DNA of 64,000 bases from a virus, in IMG/VR virus record IMGVR_UViG_3300023063_000001, positions 19,572-83,571 of that record, one strand, 5' to 3'. A program made the translations under genes and the position numbers. How positions within the stretch are numbered: the stretch's first letter is position 1; every line of letters starts with the position of its first letter. Positions 1 through 9,510 of this stretch are shown one piece after another. The notes below the pieces were generated by a model. The model ran no database searches and was not told where the DNA came from. It worked only from the letters and a program-made list of their open reading frames with translations.

Positions 1-1
1 G

Positions 2-610
2 GTGACGTGGTGGGAAGATCTGACCAAACTCCAGATGGAAGGCGATTCATATAGTCAAATGTTTATTCGTGACGTGAATAATTACACCAGCATTACAGAG
101 TCCGGAAAAATCAAGCTTAAAGGAGCTTATGAATATATGGACTTTGATAAGCTTGGTTGGCACAAGAACCATTCAGCAATGGTAGTTCCTATGGCTGTGA
201 AAGCTCAACTGATTGATGGTGTAGATCACGAAGAGTTTATTCGTTTGCATGAGAACAAGTTTGACTTTATGCTGAGGACGAAAGTACCAAGGAGTAGTAG
301 TCTTGCGCTGGTAGTTGATGGTGAGGATATTCAACAACAGAATATCTGCCGTTATTATCCAGCAAAAGAAGGTGGTGGTAAGTTGATTAAGCTTATGCCT
401 CCTTTGGTAGAAGGAGGAGAAGTGCGTAGGTTGGGTATTGATACGGATTGGAATGTTAAGACGTGTAACAACATTCATGACTTCTCTTGGGGAGTTGACT
501 ATAAATATTACATTGATCAGGCAGCTAAACTTATTGAAGCAGTGTCCGAGGATGTAACTGATAAGCAAGGTAAAAATTGTGAAAGAAGTGTGGAAACCAG
601 TATTGATTAA
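2..610 (+). CDS. Family B DNA polymerase, C-terminal part (5' end outside window)
   Basis: IRDVNNY followed by KxKG (KIKLKGAY), as in phage PolB palm/thumb; heads the replication cluster. Confidence 0.75.
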   Translation: MTWWEDLTKLQMEGDSYSQMFIRDVNNYTSITESGKIKLKGAYEYMDFDKLGWHKNHSAMVVPMAVKAQLIDGVDHEEFIRLHENKFDFMLRTKVPRSSSLALVVDGEDIQQQNICRYYPAKEGGGKLIKLMPPLVEGGEVRRLGIDTDWNVKTCNNIHDFSWGVDYKYYIDQAAKLIEAVSEDVTDKQGKNCERSVETSID

Positions 611-1145
611 AGATGTACATGCACATTATGCTGTAAGTAATCACGGACGTGTGTATGATTTGAAGCTAAATAAATACTCAAATTGGGGTGATAATGGAGC
701 GGGATACAAAACCGTCTCATTGAAAACAGATAATTACTCACAACCAAGAAAAGTATTTTATGTTCATCGACTTGTCGGATTGATTTTCATTGAGAACCCG
801 AGTAAACTTCCTCAAGTCGGACACAGGGACCACAACAGAGAGAATAATCGACAAGATAATTTGTACTGGACAACACCTAAACAGAATACTGCGGATGGTA
901 TTCGTGATGGTAAAATCAATGCAAAGAAACGTCCTAATACAAAAAAACTGAACAAGGCACAGATCTGTGAAATTGCTTTACTTTCTAGCCAAGGGAAAGG
1001 TATAAACGAGATTGCAATTATGTTAGGCTTTCCCCGTACAACAATTTCTAGTGTATTTAACGGTCGTAGCAATTTTGAATTGTTTGATTTTGCTAGGAAA
1101 GAAATTCAAAATAATCCCTTGACCCACCCACACAACCATGTATAA
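579..1145 (+). CDS. Free-standing HNH homing endonuclease (NUMOD4-like N-term, HNH_3, C-terminal HTH)
   Basis: EVWKPV..YAVSNHGRV; VHRLV..FIENP..VGHRDHNRENN..NLYWTT; overlaps the pol stop. Confidence 0.88.
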   Translation: MKEVWKPVLIKDVHAHYAVSNHGRVYDLKLNKYSNWGDNGAGYKTVSLKTDNYSQPRKVFYVHRLVGLIFIENPSKLPQVGHRDHNRENNRQDNLYWTTPKQNTADGIRDGKINAKKRPNTKKLNKAQICEIALLSSQGKGINEIAIMLGFPRTTISSVFNGRSNFELFDFARKEIQNNPLTHPHNHV

Positions 1146-1146
1146 T
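1119..1146 (+). promoter_or_regulatory. Sigma70-like promoter
   Basis: TTGACC-16 nt-TATAAT upstream of a GGAG-preceded ATG at 1190. Confidence 0.6.
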
Positions 1147-1189
1147 AGATCTACGTTGAATTTCTCAGCGAAAAAGGAGAAGAAATTAA

Positions 1190-1345
1190 ATGAGCAAATT
1201 AGAAGCACTGCAAGCTATCAAAGCAGTTCTTGAAGACAGCTTGGATTACTTTGAGTATTTCGATACAAGCGGTGATGAGGATGAGCATGCCGATTTATAT
1301 TGGGGTATTAAAGATATAATTTCTACTGTTGAAAAACGTATTTAA
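1190..1345 (+). CDS. Small acidic hypothetical protein (51 aa, MSKLEALQAIK...), below ORF-track cut-off
   Basis: AGGAG RBS, ATG 1190, TAA 1343-1345. Confidence 0.65.
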   Translation: MSKLEALQAIKAVLEDSLDYFEYFDTSGDEDEHADLYWGIKDIISTVEKRI

Positions 1346-1347
1346 AC

Positions 1348-1539
1348 TTGGAGAATAAAATGAGCAATAACGTAAAACTCGAATACACCCTGATCGACCG
1401 TGAAAATGGTAAAGTGTTGAATGTACATTCTTCTCGTGAAGACGCAAGAGATGAGAAACGTGATTGGAAAGCTGAGGGGTTTCAAGTGGATATTATTCAA
1501 TCTCGTTTCCAGCATGTTATCTCTAAAATTATTCGGTGA
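1348..1539 (+). CDS. Hypothetical protein (likely start ATG 1360)
   Basis: GGAG RBS; packed co-directional ORF. Confidence 0.6.
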   Translation: MENKMSNNVKLEYTLIDRENGKVLNVHSSREDARDEKRDWKAEGFQVDIIQSRFQHVISKIIR

Positions 1540-1545
1540 AATATC

Positions 1546-1791
1546 ATGGGTAAAGTAGTCTACAAAGATTCCCACACAAATGCTAATGGTTGCTCAATCG
1601 TTGAATATCAATTTGATAGTGTTGAGGATTTAATTAAATTTGAAAATCATAAGCAACAAAGCTTGATTGATAGTTTCAAAGGCGTAGGATTGTTTGCATT
1701 GGATACAGAGGATTTTGATGAGGAAGATCATGAAATGAAACAAGCAAATGTAGTTGACATTGAAGTGAATAAGAAAACTACGAAACATTGA
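1546..1791 (+). CDS. Hypothetical protein
   Basis: Packed co-directional ORF. Confidence 0.6.
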   Translation: MGKVVYKDSHTNANGCSIVEYQFDSVEDLIKFENHKQQSLIDSFKGVGLFALDTEDFDEEDHEMKQANVVDIEVNKKTTKH

Positions 1792-1869
1792 AAGAATTTA
1801 TTGTAAGACAAATAGCTGTAAATGCTCAAAAATAAGTGACTAAATAATACACACAAATAGAGAAATAAT

Positions 1870-2547
1870 ATGACTAGTGTTATCGTAAAGCAACTCCCTA
1901 AGTCTGGTACGTTGGAAACCTTCAACGTGTACATCTTGAACACACCGGTGTTCTATCCTGTCGTGCATGAAGTAAAGACCAAGTATCAATCACAGGACCG
2001 TGAATTCAGTATTCAGCCTTTTGTTGATGAAGCTACTAAAGACAAACTTCTAGACGAAGTGATGCTGAACAAAACGTTTGCTGAAGTAGGCGTAACTAAA
2101 ACTAGCAAAGCACCCAGGCGCATCAAGTTTCCCCTATCTTCACAAGTAGAAGAGGGCAAGACCAATTACGATGTTGTTAAAGGTATGCATGGTTTTACTG
2201 TAGCCAAGCCTGAGTTTTCAAAGAAAGGCAATAAGATGACAGTGAATGTCATTGATAAAGAAGGTAATGCGTTTACAGACAACATTGGTAATGGCAGTAT
2301 CTGCACTCTTAAATTGTTTGGATATAAGAACGTAGAAGGCCAACTAACTGTTACACTTGATACTGTTCAAGTGCTGGAGCACGTTCCTTATGAGGGTAAG
2401 GGCTCATCTGATGAAGTTGTGGATGATGTACTGGGCAGCTACAAAGTTAAGAAGGTTGAGCCTAAAGCTACTGAAGTTGAAACACCTAAAGCTAAACCAG
2501 ATCCGCTTGAGCTAGACGAAGACGAAGAGAGTTTGCTCCCCTTCTGA
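1870..2547 (+). CDS. Single-stranded DNA-binding protein (T7 gp2.5-like OB fold)
   Basis: IGNGS..LKLFGY..LDTVQVLEHVPY motif; acidic tail ending DEDEESLLPF. Confidence 0.75.
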   Translation: MTSVIVKQLPKSGTLETFNVYILNTPVFYPVVHEVKTKYQSQDREFSIQPFVDEATKDKLLDEVMLNKTFAEVGVTKTSKAPRRIKFPLSSQVEEGKTNYDVVKGMHGFTVAKPEFSKKGNKMTVNVIDKEGNAFTDNIGNGSICTLKLFGYKNVEGQLTVTLDTVQVLEHVPYEGKGSSDEVVDDVLGSYKVKKVEPKATEVETPKAKPDPLELDEDEESLLPF

Positions 2548-2558
2548 TACACTCCATA

Positions 2559-2574
2559 AGCGCAAGGATGCGCT
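2559..2574 (+). promoter_or_regulatory. AGGA-loop hairpin (CsrA/RsmA-box-like)
   Basis: AGCGCA-AGGA-TGCGCT just after the SSB stop; same motif at 7449, 16657, 39138. Confidence 0.5.
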
Positions 2575-2594
2575 ATTCATTCAAGGACAAACCA

Positions 2595-2846
2595 ATGAAC
2601 TACAACATGTTAAACCTTTCCCTTACATACACTGAAGTGGTGGCAATACAAGCCCTTCTAGGCTATGTACAGCTACATACAAGCGAAGATCTTAGTAGTG
2701 TATCCATGAAACTTGAAGAGTTTTGCGATCCTGATGAAGTAGATTGTAGTCAAGTGAAGTTTATTAAGCTTAGTAAAAATCATATGGATGAAGTGAAGAC
2801 GTACAAGAATTCTAATTTTGCTATTAAATTTGTGGAGAGTAAGTAA
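2595..2846 (+). CDS. Hypothetical protein
   Basis: AAGGA RBS then ATG 2595, in frame with track ORF 2568. Confidence 0.6.
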   Translation: MNYNMLNLSLTYTEVVAIQALLGYVQLHTSEDLSSVSMKLEEFCDPDEVDCSQVKFIKLSKNHMDEVKTYKNSNFAIKFVESK

Positions 2847-3092
2847 GTGTTATTCTCTGAGTTACAAAACTCTATTATTTTAAAAGTACAAGATCACATG
2901 AAGTATGCGAGTATCTCAGACGGCTTTATTGCAGAGGTTACACCAAACTATTATTATGATCTGCTTAGGACATATCCTGATTTCAAGCCTTCACAGATGC
3001 TATACATAAACGTTGTTTTAAATGTAGACATCTCAACGGCTTATGCTTATCGTGATAATATTAAAATAGTAAGTTCCGTAGTTAAAATTTAA
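2847..3092 (+). CDS. Hypothetical protein
   Basis: GGAG RBS, GTG start abutting the previous stop. Confidence 0.55.
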   Translation: MLFSELQNSIILKVQDHMKYASISDGFIAEVTPNYYYDLLRTYPDFKPSQMLYINVVLNVDISTAYAYRDNIKIVSSVVKI

Positions 3093-3102
3093 GGAGAACA
3101 AA

Positions 3103-3375
3103 ATGACTGAACAAACGATCTACACCGAAGAAGCTCTATTCCAACGTCTGACTAAACTAAAGACTGACCTTCAAATCACTAAAGATGACATCAAAGCCAT
3201 CAAAGCAGACTTCACTTACGATGTTGACGTAAACAGTAAAGGCCTACACAAAGATGTGATTAAACTTGTTGATAAAGCAGCCTCTCTTTATGTGGCTGCT
3301 AAGTTTGAGGAAGTGGAGCAAGAAGCTCTTGAAGTGTTTGAGAAGTATAAAACTTTAACTTCATATGAAGGTTAA
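3103..3375 (+). CDS. Small DNA-binding protein, T4 DsbA/GapR-like
   Basis: Coiled-coil LFQRLTKLKTDLQITKDDIKAIK..GLHKDVIKLV pattern; AAGGAG RBS. Confidence 0.5.
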   Translation: MTEQTIYTEEALFQRLTKLKTDLQITKDDIKAIKADFTYDVDVNSKGLHKDVIKLVDKAASLYVAAKFEEVEQEALEVFEKYKTLTSYEG

Positions 3376-3381
3376 CTATTA

Positions 3382-3576
3382 ATGTCCAGTTTAATGGTGA
3401 GTATTAAAGAAAAAGTTGGGGAATGCTCTATTAACTTTGAACTAGATGTAGAGTTTGACGTCGTGTATATCACTGAGAAAGTGGGAAAGCTTGTACAGAC
3501 AGAAGTAACCACTTTAAATAGTGGTAAAATTCCAGCAGGTATCCTACAATATTTTCAGAAGTACATTAAAGAATAA
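3382..3576 (+). CDS. Hypothetical protein
   Basis: Packed ORF. Confidence 0.5.
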   Translation: MSSLMVSIKEKVGECSINFELDVEFDVVYITEKVGKLVQTEVTTLNSGKIPAGILQYFQKYIKE

Positions 3577-3583
3577 TTAAGAG

Positions 3584-3904
3584 GTGAACGTGACTGATAA
3601 TCCTGATGCACAGGAACCAAAGAAAAAGAAATGGCATAAGGCCGTTGGGCGTGTTGCTTGGTCTTTAGCAAAAGGCCTATCCATTCCAATCCTTGCAGGT
3701 GCTTTGGCTTGGTGTGTGTCCTATCCCCTAGGTATGTATCAATGCCGTAATTACACGCTAGGACTGCACCTAGACGGCTGGAATTATACATGGTTCACTT
3801 GCTTTCTTAATGAAGATGGTAAGTGGTATACAAAAGAACAGTATGAAGCTAGTGCTGTAGGTGTACGACTTATTATTAGCCCTGATGTGAAGTTTCCAAA
3901 ATGA
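3584..3904 (+). CDS. Hypothetical membrane protein
   Basis: Hydrophobic segment LSIPILAGALAWCVSYPLG. Confidence 0.55.
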   Translation: MNVTDNPDAQEPKKKKWHKAVGRVAWSLAKGLSIPILAGALAWCVSYPLGMYQCRNYTLGLHLDGWNYTWFTCFLNEDGKWYTKEQYEASAVGVRLIISPDVKFPK

Positions 3905-4036
3905 CAATAATATTTCTTACAGTTTTCTTCTTCTGCTGCTGGGAAGCAATCATTACAGATGAGAATATGTTGGCAGCTAGATATGAAGCTATTTGGTTGA
4001 AGTTTTTAGAAGATACAGGGTTGGAGATTGATTAAT

Positions 4037-4059
4037 GGGGCCGTAAGGCCCTCCTTTTT
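4037..4059 (+). terminator. Intrinsic terminator
   Basis: GGGCC-GTAA-GGCCC followed by TCCTTTTT. Confidence 0.7.
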
Positions 4060-4078
4060 GAATAGGAGTTGGATATGG

Positions 4079-5074
4079 ATGAGTAAGCTTACTGCGGTCA
4101 TAGACCTAGACTACGTTAAGTACAGTGCTGCATCTGTTGGAGAAACACGTTCTATCACTGTTGTACATAAAGCATCGGGAAGGGAAAAAGAGTTTCCTAC
4201 ACGTACAGACTTTTATGGCCGAGACAAACTTAAATCAGGTGGATGGCTTGGAGAACTGAACGCTAAACGAGAAAGTCCTTTTCTTCTTGATGAATTTAGT
4301 ATAATCGATGTACAAACTCCCGAGCCTATTGATCACGTATTACAGATTGCAAAGACACAAGTAGAGAATGATCTTAAGAAACTTGGGACAAATAAATACA
4401 AAGCTTTCTTAGGGAAAGGTGAAAGCTTTCGTGTTGAACTGTCTACACTTCAAAAGTACAAGGCAAATCGAAAAGATATGCTTCGCCCTCTTCATATGGA
4501 TGCTGTGACAGAATACCTTGAACGTAAATTCAAAGCTGAGGTTGTTACATCAATTGAAGCCGATGATGCTTGTGTAATTGAGTGCTATGAAAACCCTAAC
4601 AATGTTATCCAAGGGTTAGATAAAGATTACTACTCCAGCCCTAATAAATTCTTTAATGTGAATAGGCCAGATGAAGGCATTATTGATGCTGATTGTTTTG
4701 GTAAGCTATGGCTAGATGATAAGGGAGATGTTCGTGGTGTTGGCAGAATGCATCTGTATTGGCAGATGTGTAGCAATGACACCAGTGACAACTATGCTGC
4801 CAACTGTTTCTCTGACCTTCGTTGGGCGGGAAAGTCAGCCTATAAATCCCTTGTAGAGTGTGGGTCTGACAAGGAGGCGTGGGACAAGATGAAAGAGGTT
4901 TTCACCCTACTTTATCCCGAGGAAAAGACTGTTTTAGGGTGGAGAAATGATCCTATCAGCGTAACATGGGATTACGTACTGAATGAGATGTTCATGATGG
5001 CTAGGATGTTAACTAAACGTGATGAACATCTAAACGCTTATGATATGATGGATGAAATGGGGGTGAGTTATTAG
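4079..5074 (+). CDS. 5'-3' exonuclease (T7 gp6/RNase H-like)
   Basis: VIDLD, FR..YKANR, IEADD, DKD and D.SDN motifs; AGGAG RBS before ATG 4079. Confidence 0.88.
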   Translation: MSKLTAVIDLDYVKYSAASVGETRSITVVHKASGREKEFPTRTDFYGRDKLKSGGWLGELNAKRESPFLLDEFSIIDVQTPEPIDHVLQIAKTQVENDLKKLGTNKYKAFLGKGESFRVELSTLQKYKANRKDMLRPLHMDAVTEYLERKFKAEVVTSIEADDACVIECYENPNNVIQGLDKDYYSSPNKFFNVNRPDEGIIDADCFGKLWLDDKGDVRGVGRMHLYWQMCSNDTSDNYAANCFSDLRWAGKSAYKSLVECGSDKEAWDKMKEVFTLLYPEEKTVLGWRNDPISVTWDYVLNEMFMMARMLTKRDEHLNAYDMMDEMGVSY

Positions 5075-5609
5075 TAGTAAGGAGCCTTGGCTATCCCACC
5101 CTGAGATCTGGAAGAATTCAGTTTCTTGGTTTACATACCTGAGGGGGTGTCTGAGAAAGGCTTGGTCGTCATCCCCGGTAAAGCATAATTTAATTAAAAA
5201 GAAACGTAAACAAATACCAAACCCGAATCCTAAAGGGAAAAAAGAAACAGTGTTTGGTTTTACTTGTGAAATGTGTAACACTGACCATGTTATTGCTAGT
5301 GGTCAAGTGGACCATATAATTCCAGCAGGGAGTTTAAGGAAGACAGAAGATATTCAAGGGTTTGTTGAAAGGTTGCTTTATGTGGCTGAGGAAGACCTTA
5401 GATTGATCTGCAAAGGGTGCAACTCAGCTTTAGCGTATGCGGACAAACAAGGAGTTACATATGAACAGGCGATTAAGGAGAAAATGCTTATTGAAATTTG
5501 TAAGTCAAAGAAAGATATACAGTTTCTTAAAGACAGAGGAATTATTCCAGCCTCAAATGCAGTTAAACGTAAAGAACAAATTAGAGAGTTTTTAAACAAT
5601 GAAAATTGA
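5070..5609 (+). CDS. HNH-type endonuclease with CxxC..VDHI..CxxC; frame open from 5067, start probably near 5070
   Basis: FTCEMC, QVDHIIPAG, LICKGC; upstream in-frame KEPW..YLRGCLRKAW segment. Confidence 0.7.
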   Translation: MSSKEPWLSHPEIWKNSVSWFTYLRGCLRKAWSSSPVKHNLIKKKRKQIPNPNPKGKKETVFGFTCEMCNTDHVIASGQVDHIIPAGSLRKTEDIQGFVERLLYVAEEDLRLICKGCNSALAYADKQGVTYEQAIKEKMLIEICKSKKDIQFLKDRGIIPASNAVKRKEQIREFLNNEN

Positions 5610-5692
5610 TTACTGGCAATCCGTACAGGCAACACAACTAATTCAATACGCAACATTCTTCTACACATTCCTAAATCAAATAGGTCTTTGAT

Positions 5693-5989
5693 ATGTCAGT
5701 AGTGGAGCTATTTCCTAAGAAGCTTTCAGCTATTCCAGAAGGTGAGACTATGGAACAAACAGTTGTACGTTTCCATGAAAAGCTTGATATTGCTTTATCT
5801 GAATTTGGAACAATGTCTGTCATGGAGAAATGGGAGTTGTTTGAAACTGTTGTAGGGATGAACAAGAATATTTTTAAGCTCTATATGGATGTTAAGAAAC
5901 AAAGGGACTTTGATATTAAATGGTATGCTGATTTGAGTGATAAGTTGGCTAGGGCTATTGAGAAGAATGAGGAGATGGGAATTGAGTGA
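5693..5989 (+). CDS. Hypothetical protein
   Basis: Packed ORF. Confidence 0.6.
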   Translation: MSVVELFPKKLSAIPEGETMEQTVVRFHEKLDIALSEFGTMSVMEKWELFETVVGMNKNIFKLYMDVKKQRDFDIKWYADLSDKLARAIEKNEEMGIE

Positions 5990-6875
5990 TTTGGATTGGA
6001 AAGACAAGGCAATTGAACTTGCTAAAACGGGTAAAAGCTGGCGTAAGATTTCAGAGTTACTTGGGGTTGCTAGGTCTACTGTAAGTGATTATTTACGTAA
6101 AGAATTCAGTCAAGTGGTTCTAGATAATCGTAAATCATCTGAAACGTACTCTGTTCGTAAGAAAGATGGACCAGAGCATGATAATAGTAGGATTCTTTTG
6201 ATTAGCGATCTTCATATACCATTTCACCATCAAGATGCAATTGCTTTCTTACTGCATCTTAAAGAGAAATACAAACCTACACGAGTTATTTGTTTAGGTG
6301 ATGAAGTTGACGGAGCAGCGCTTAGTTTTCATGACCATGACCCGGATCTGCCAAGTGCTGGCGATGAAATTCGCCAAGCTTTGCCTGTAATTGCCGAACT
6401 ATTTAAAATATTTCCCAAGATGGATATTCTTGAAAGTAATCATGGAAGTCTAATTTGGCGGAAGGCTAAAGTATTTGGTATCCCTAAGCACTACATAAAA
6501 TCTTACAATGAGGTTCTTGGTGTTGACGATGGTTGGAAATGGAGCTTTGACTTAACAGTAGACCTGCCTAATGGTCAGAAGTGTTATATGCATCACGGTA
6601 AGACAAGTAATATTATTCAGCTTAGTCAGCAAATGGGCTCAGCGGCGGCTCAGGGCCACTACCATGAATCTTTTAAAATTGATTACTGGGGCAATAGTAC
6701 GGGTTTGTACTGGGGAATGCAGTGCGGCTGTTTGATTGATGATAACAAACTGGCATTTAACTATAATAATGTAAATATTAAACGTCCAATTATCGGTACG
6801 GGTTTGATTATTAATTCACTACCTATCTTAGAACCAATGGTTCTTTTGAAGAATGGGCGGTGGGAAGGTGTTTGA
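5982..6875 (+). CDS. Calcineurin-like metallophosphoesterase with N-terminal HTH
   Basis: SDLH, LGDEVD, SNH, HHG and GHYH motifs; HTH SWRKISELLGVARSTVSDYL; GAGGAG RBS before TTG 5982. Confidence 0.85.
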   Translation: MSDLDWKDKAIELAKTGKSWRKISELLGVARSTVSDYLRKEFSQVVLDNRKSSETYSVRKKDGPEHDNSRILLISDLHIPFHHQDAIAFLLHLKEKYKPTRVICLGDEVDGAALSFHDHDPDLPSAGDEIRQALPVIAELFKIFPKMDILESNHGSLIWRKAKVFGIPKHYIKSYNEVLGVDDGWKWSFDLTVDLPNGQKCYMHHGKTSNIIQLSQQMGSAAAQGHYHESFKIDYWGNSTGLYWGMQCGCLIDDNKLAFNYNNVNIKRPIIGTGLIINSLPILEPMVLLKNGRWEGV

Positions 6876-7434
6876 ACTAACACAAGTGATTCTTCATGAA
6901 GCTTTAGACTACAATAAAGACACCGGAGTTTTCACATGGAAAAGTAACAGACCTCTAAGCCACTTTAAAAATGCCCATGCACTCTGTGCATACCAAGGTA
7001 AATTTTCTGGTAAGGTTGCTGGGTATGCTTCAAAATATGGAGAGAAAGATTTATACTATCTTCAGATTAGAATTAAAGGCACTCTGTTTTTGGGGCATCG
7101 TCTAGCGTGGTTTTATGTAGAAGGGGTTTGGCCAGAAAAGCTTATTGATCACGAAGATGGAAATGGGTTAAACAATAAATGGGAGAATCTCAGAGAAGCA
7201 ACCCCTATAAGTAATGGTCGTAATTGTGGTTTGTCTTCCAATAATAAATCCGGTGTCAACGGTGTTTATTGGAATAAAGCAAACAGTAAATGGATTGCCG
7301 AGGGTCACTATACGGAAGATGGAGTGCATAAAAAGATTAACCTTGGTTCTCACTTAAGTCTTGAAGACGCTGAAAAAGCTAGATTAAAATGGCAATCTGA
7401 GCAAGGTGGGTTCACAGAACGACACGGAAAATAA
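6853..7434 (+). CDS. Free-standing HNH endonuclease with AP2-like C-terminal domain
   Basis: GHRLAW..IDHEDGNGLNNKWENLR; NNKSGVNGVYW..KWIA..NLGS..EDA. Confidence 0.88.
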   Translation: MGGGKVFELTQVILHEALDYNKDTGVFTWKSNRPLSHFKNAHALCAYQGKFSGKVAGYASKYGEKDLYYLQIRIKGTLFLGHRLAWFYVEGVWPEKLIDHEDGNGLNNKWENLREATPISNGRNCGLSSNNKSGVNGVYWNKANSKWIAEGHYTEDGVHKKINLGSHLSLEDAEKARLKWQSEQGGFTERHGK

Positions 7435-7438
7435 GCCC

Positions 7439-7467
7439 TTTACACCACATAGCAAGGATGCTATTAT
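7439..7467 (+). promoter_or_regulatory. Sigma70-like promoter overlapping an AGGA-loop hairpin (7449-7464)
   Basis: TTTACA-17 nt-TATTAT; ATAGCA-AGGA-TGCTAT. Confidence 0.55.
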
Positions 7468-7495
7468 TGTTCTACGAAATTAATTTAGGAGAGGA

Positions 7496-7924
7496 ATGAT
7501 GAATAAGTTTAAAGTTTCAGTAGGGAAAGAAAAGAACTTAGAATACATCTATGATGTTGTGTTTAATGGACTGACTTATAGTCTTCGGTGGTATGATGAA
7601 GACGGCCTGAATGAGTGCGTGTATACTAAGGAAAAGGGAGAGGAGTTTATTAAAAACAAAGCTTGGGTTGTTTTAGAGGGAAAACAAGAGCCTACAGGTG
7701 CTATTAAATCAGCAAGTGCCCTAGACAAACAAATTAGTGGCAACCATTACAAAGATTGCAAGATTCAACCCATTGAGTATATTCAAGCTAATGGCTTATC
7801 CTACTTAGAAGGGAATGTTATTAAATACACCACCCGTCACAGTAAGAAAAATGGAAAGGCAGACATTGAAAAAGCTATTCATTACCTTGAATTGATTTTG
7901 GAAATGGAGTACAAAGACAAGTGA
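7496..7924 (+). CDS. DUF3310 / T7 gp1.7-like protein (putative nucleotide kinase)
   Basis: GNHY..IQPIEYI..GNVIKYTTR..KNGKADIEKAIHYL. Confidence 0.8.
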   Translation: MMNKFKVSVGKEKNLEYIYDVVFNGLTYSLRWYDEDGLNECVYTKEKGEEFIKNKAWVVLEGKQEPTGAIKSASALDKQISGNHYKDCKIQPIEYIQANGLSYLEGNVIKYTTRHSKKNGKADIEKAIHYLELILEMEYKDK

Positions 7925-8247
7925 TATACCTAGCCAGTCCCTACAGCTACAAAGCAGACAAAGAACTGATGCACACACGCTACCTTCAAGCTCTAGCTAA
8001 GGCAGCTGAGCTTACAAAAGAAGGATTGGCTGTGTTCTCGCCGATAGTTTCATCGCATCAGCTTTCCTTGTTTCACGATATGCCAACCACTTGGGATTTC
8101 TGGAGCAATATTGATTATAAATTTCTAGATGCCTCTAGTGAACTGTTTATACTTATGTTAGAATCCTGGGACAAGTCAGTAGGCGTAGCGGCTGAAATTA
8201 AGTATGCTGAACAGATTGGTATCCCTGTAACATTTATTTATCCTTAA
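7921..8247 (+). CDS. DUF1937 / nucleoside 2-deoxyribosyltransferase-fold protein
   Basis: IYLASPYS..VFSPI..W..SVGVAAEIKYA. Confidence 0.75.
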   Translation: MIYLASPYSYKADKELMHTRYLQALAKAAELTKEGLAVFSPIVSSHQLSLFHDMPTTWDFWSNIDYKFLDASSELFILMLESWDKSVGVAAEIKYAEQIGIPVTFIYP

Positions 8248-8256
8248 GGAAAGAAC

Positions 8257-8742
8257 GTGAAAAACTTGCAAGACTACTACAACCAAATTATTGATTGGAA
8301 CAAGAAAGCCGGGGTTAAGGATTTCACCTACGGCACCTTGGATTGGGAACGTGCTGTAGAACTCCAATCAAAGTTGTTGGTAGAGGAGAGCAGCGAAACG
8401 ATTGAGTCTATTACTCACGGTAATATGGTAGAGTTGCTAGGCGGGGCTGTTGACACGTTTGTAATTCTAGCAAAGCTTATGGATATGCTAGAGAAAGCTG
8501 GTTTTGATGTTGAAGGCGGTATTCAACAAATTATTGATAATAATCAAAACAAGATTTTCAATTCTTTTTACGAAGCTTGTGAAGCTAAAGAAAAGCTTGA
8601 AGTTCGTGACAAGAAAGAATACTATATTGAAACATCAGTATTGAATGGCTTATCTTTTTACACTTGTCGACGTGAAGATGGGAAGATTGCTAAACCTGTA
8701 GGGTTTGTTGCTGTAGAACTAAAGGAGTTCGTACCTAAATGA
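8257..8742 (+). CDS. MazG-like NTP pyrophosphohydrolase
   Basis: LLVEESSE..ELL..VD..NN..K; REDGKIAKP. Confidence 0.7.
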   Translation: MKNLQDYYNQIIDWNKKAGVKDFTYGTLDWERAVELQSKLLVEESSETIESITHGNMVELLGGAVDTFVILAKLMDMLEKAGFDVEGGIQQIIDNNQNKIFNSFYEACEAKEKLEVRDKKEYYIETSVLNGLSFYTCRREDGKIAKPVGFVAVELKEFVPK

Positions 8743-9509
8743 CGCAGATTACTGTAGAGTATATTGATCATTGTGGCTCTGATTTAAGTGTAGCCAATGC
8801 CGCAAGAGTTTCTTTTGATAAGAAAAGTGAGTGGGAGCTTCCGATTGACGTCAAAGAGTTTATGGATCTTCCGCAAGCATTGGTGAGTGGGTGGCCGGAA
8901 AAGAATGGGTTTAAATTGGTAAATGGTTTATTCCAACGACTTAAAGCATCCGACACAAAACTCATTAACTACCTAGCTAAACACAAGCATTTTTCACCAT
9001 TCAATCACAGCTTCATTAGTGTTCGTGTAAAGGCTCCTATATTTGTGTGCAGGCAACTTGTGAAGCATAAATTCATGCCTTACAATGAAGTGAGTAGGCG
9101 TTATGTGACAGACAAACCTGAATTCTACACACCTGATTCATGGCGACAAGCTGCTGAGAATGTAAAGCAAGGCAGTAGTGATGTAGAAGTAGACATCAGT
9201 CCTTTGCTTGAGATGGAGACATTAGATGGTAATGCTGTGATGCTACCTGATGAGGTTAACACTATTGCTCTACAAACCTATGAAGCTCTATTAAAGCAAG
9301 GGGTGTGTGCTGAAGAGGCCAGGATGGTGCTGCCACAGTCAATGATGTCTACATTCATTTGGTCTGGTACGCTGGGGGCTTTCTGTGATATGCTTGTCTT
9401 ACGGCTTGATCCTCATACACAATATGAGAGTCGTTTGGTAGCGCAGCAAGTAGCAGAAATTGTTAAAGGGTTGTTTCCAGTTTCTTATAAAGCTTTGGTG
9501 GAGAAGTAA
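8739..9509 (+). CDS. thyX: Flavin-dependent thymidylate synthase
   Basis: ANAARVS, HFSPF, RQLVKH..NEVSRRY, EEARMVLP, LRLDPHTQYE. Confidence 0.93.
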   Translation: MTQITVEYIDHCGSDLSVANAARVSFDKKSEWELPIDVKEFMDLPQALVSGWPEKNGFKLVNGLFQRLKASDTKLINYLAKHKHFSPFNHSFISVRVKAPIFVCRQLVKHKFMPYNEVSRRYVTDKPEFYTPDSWRQAAENVKQGSSDVEVDISPLLEMETLDGNAVMLPDEVNTIALQTYEALLKQGVCAEEARMVLPQSMMSTFIWSGTLGAFCDMLVLRLDPHTQYESRLVAQQVAEIVKGLFPVSYKALVEK

Positions 9510-9510
9510 A

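Noticed and set aside
5602-6695. 15-nt repeat AAAATTGATTACTGG at about 5602 and 6675
   Set aside because: Single short AT-rich match within coding sequence; no element boundaries are evident.
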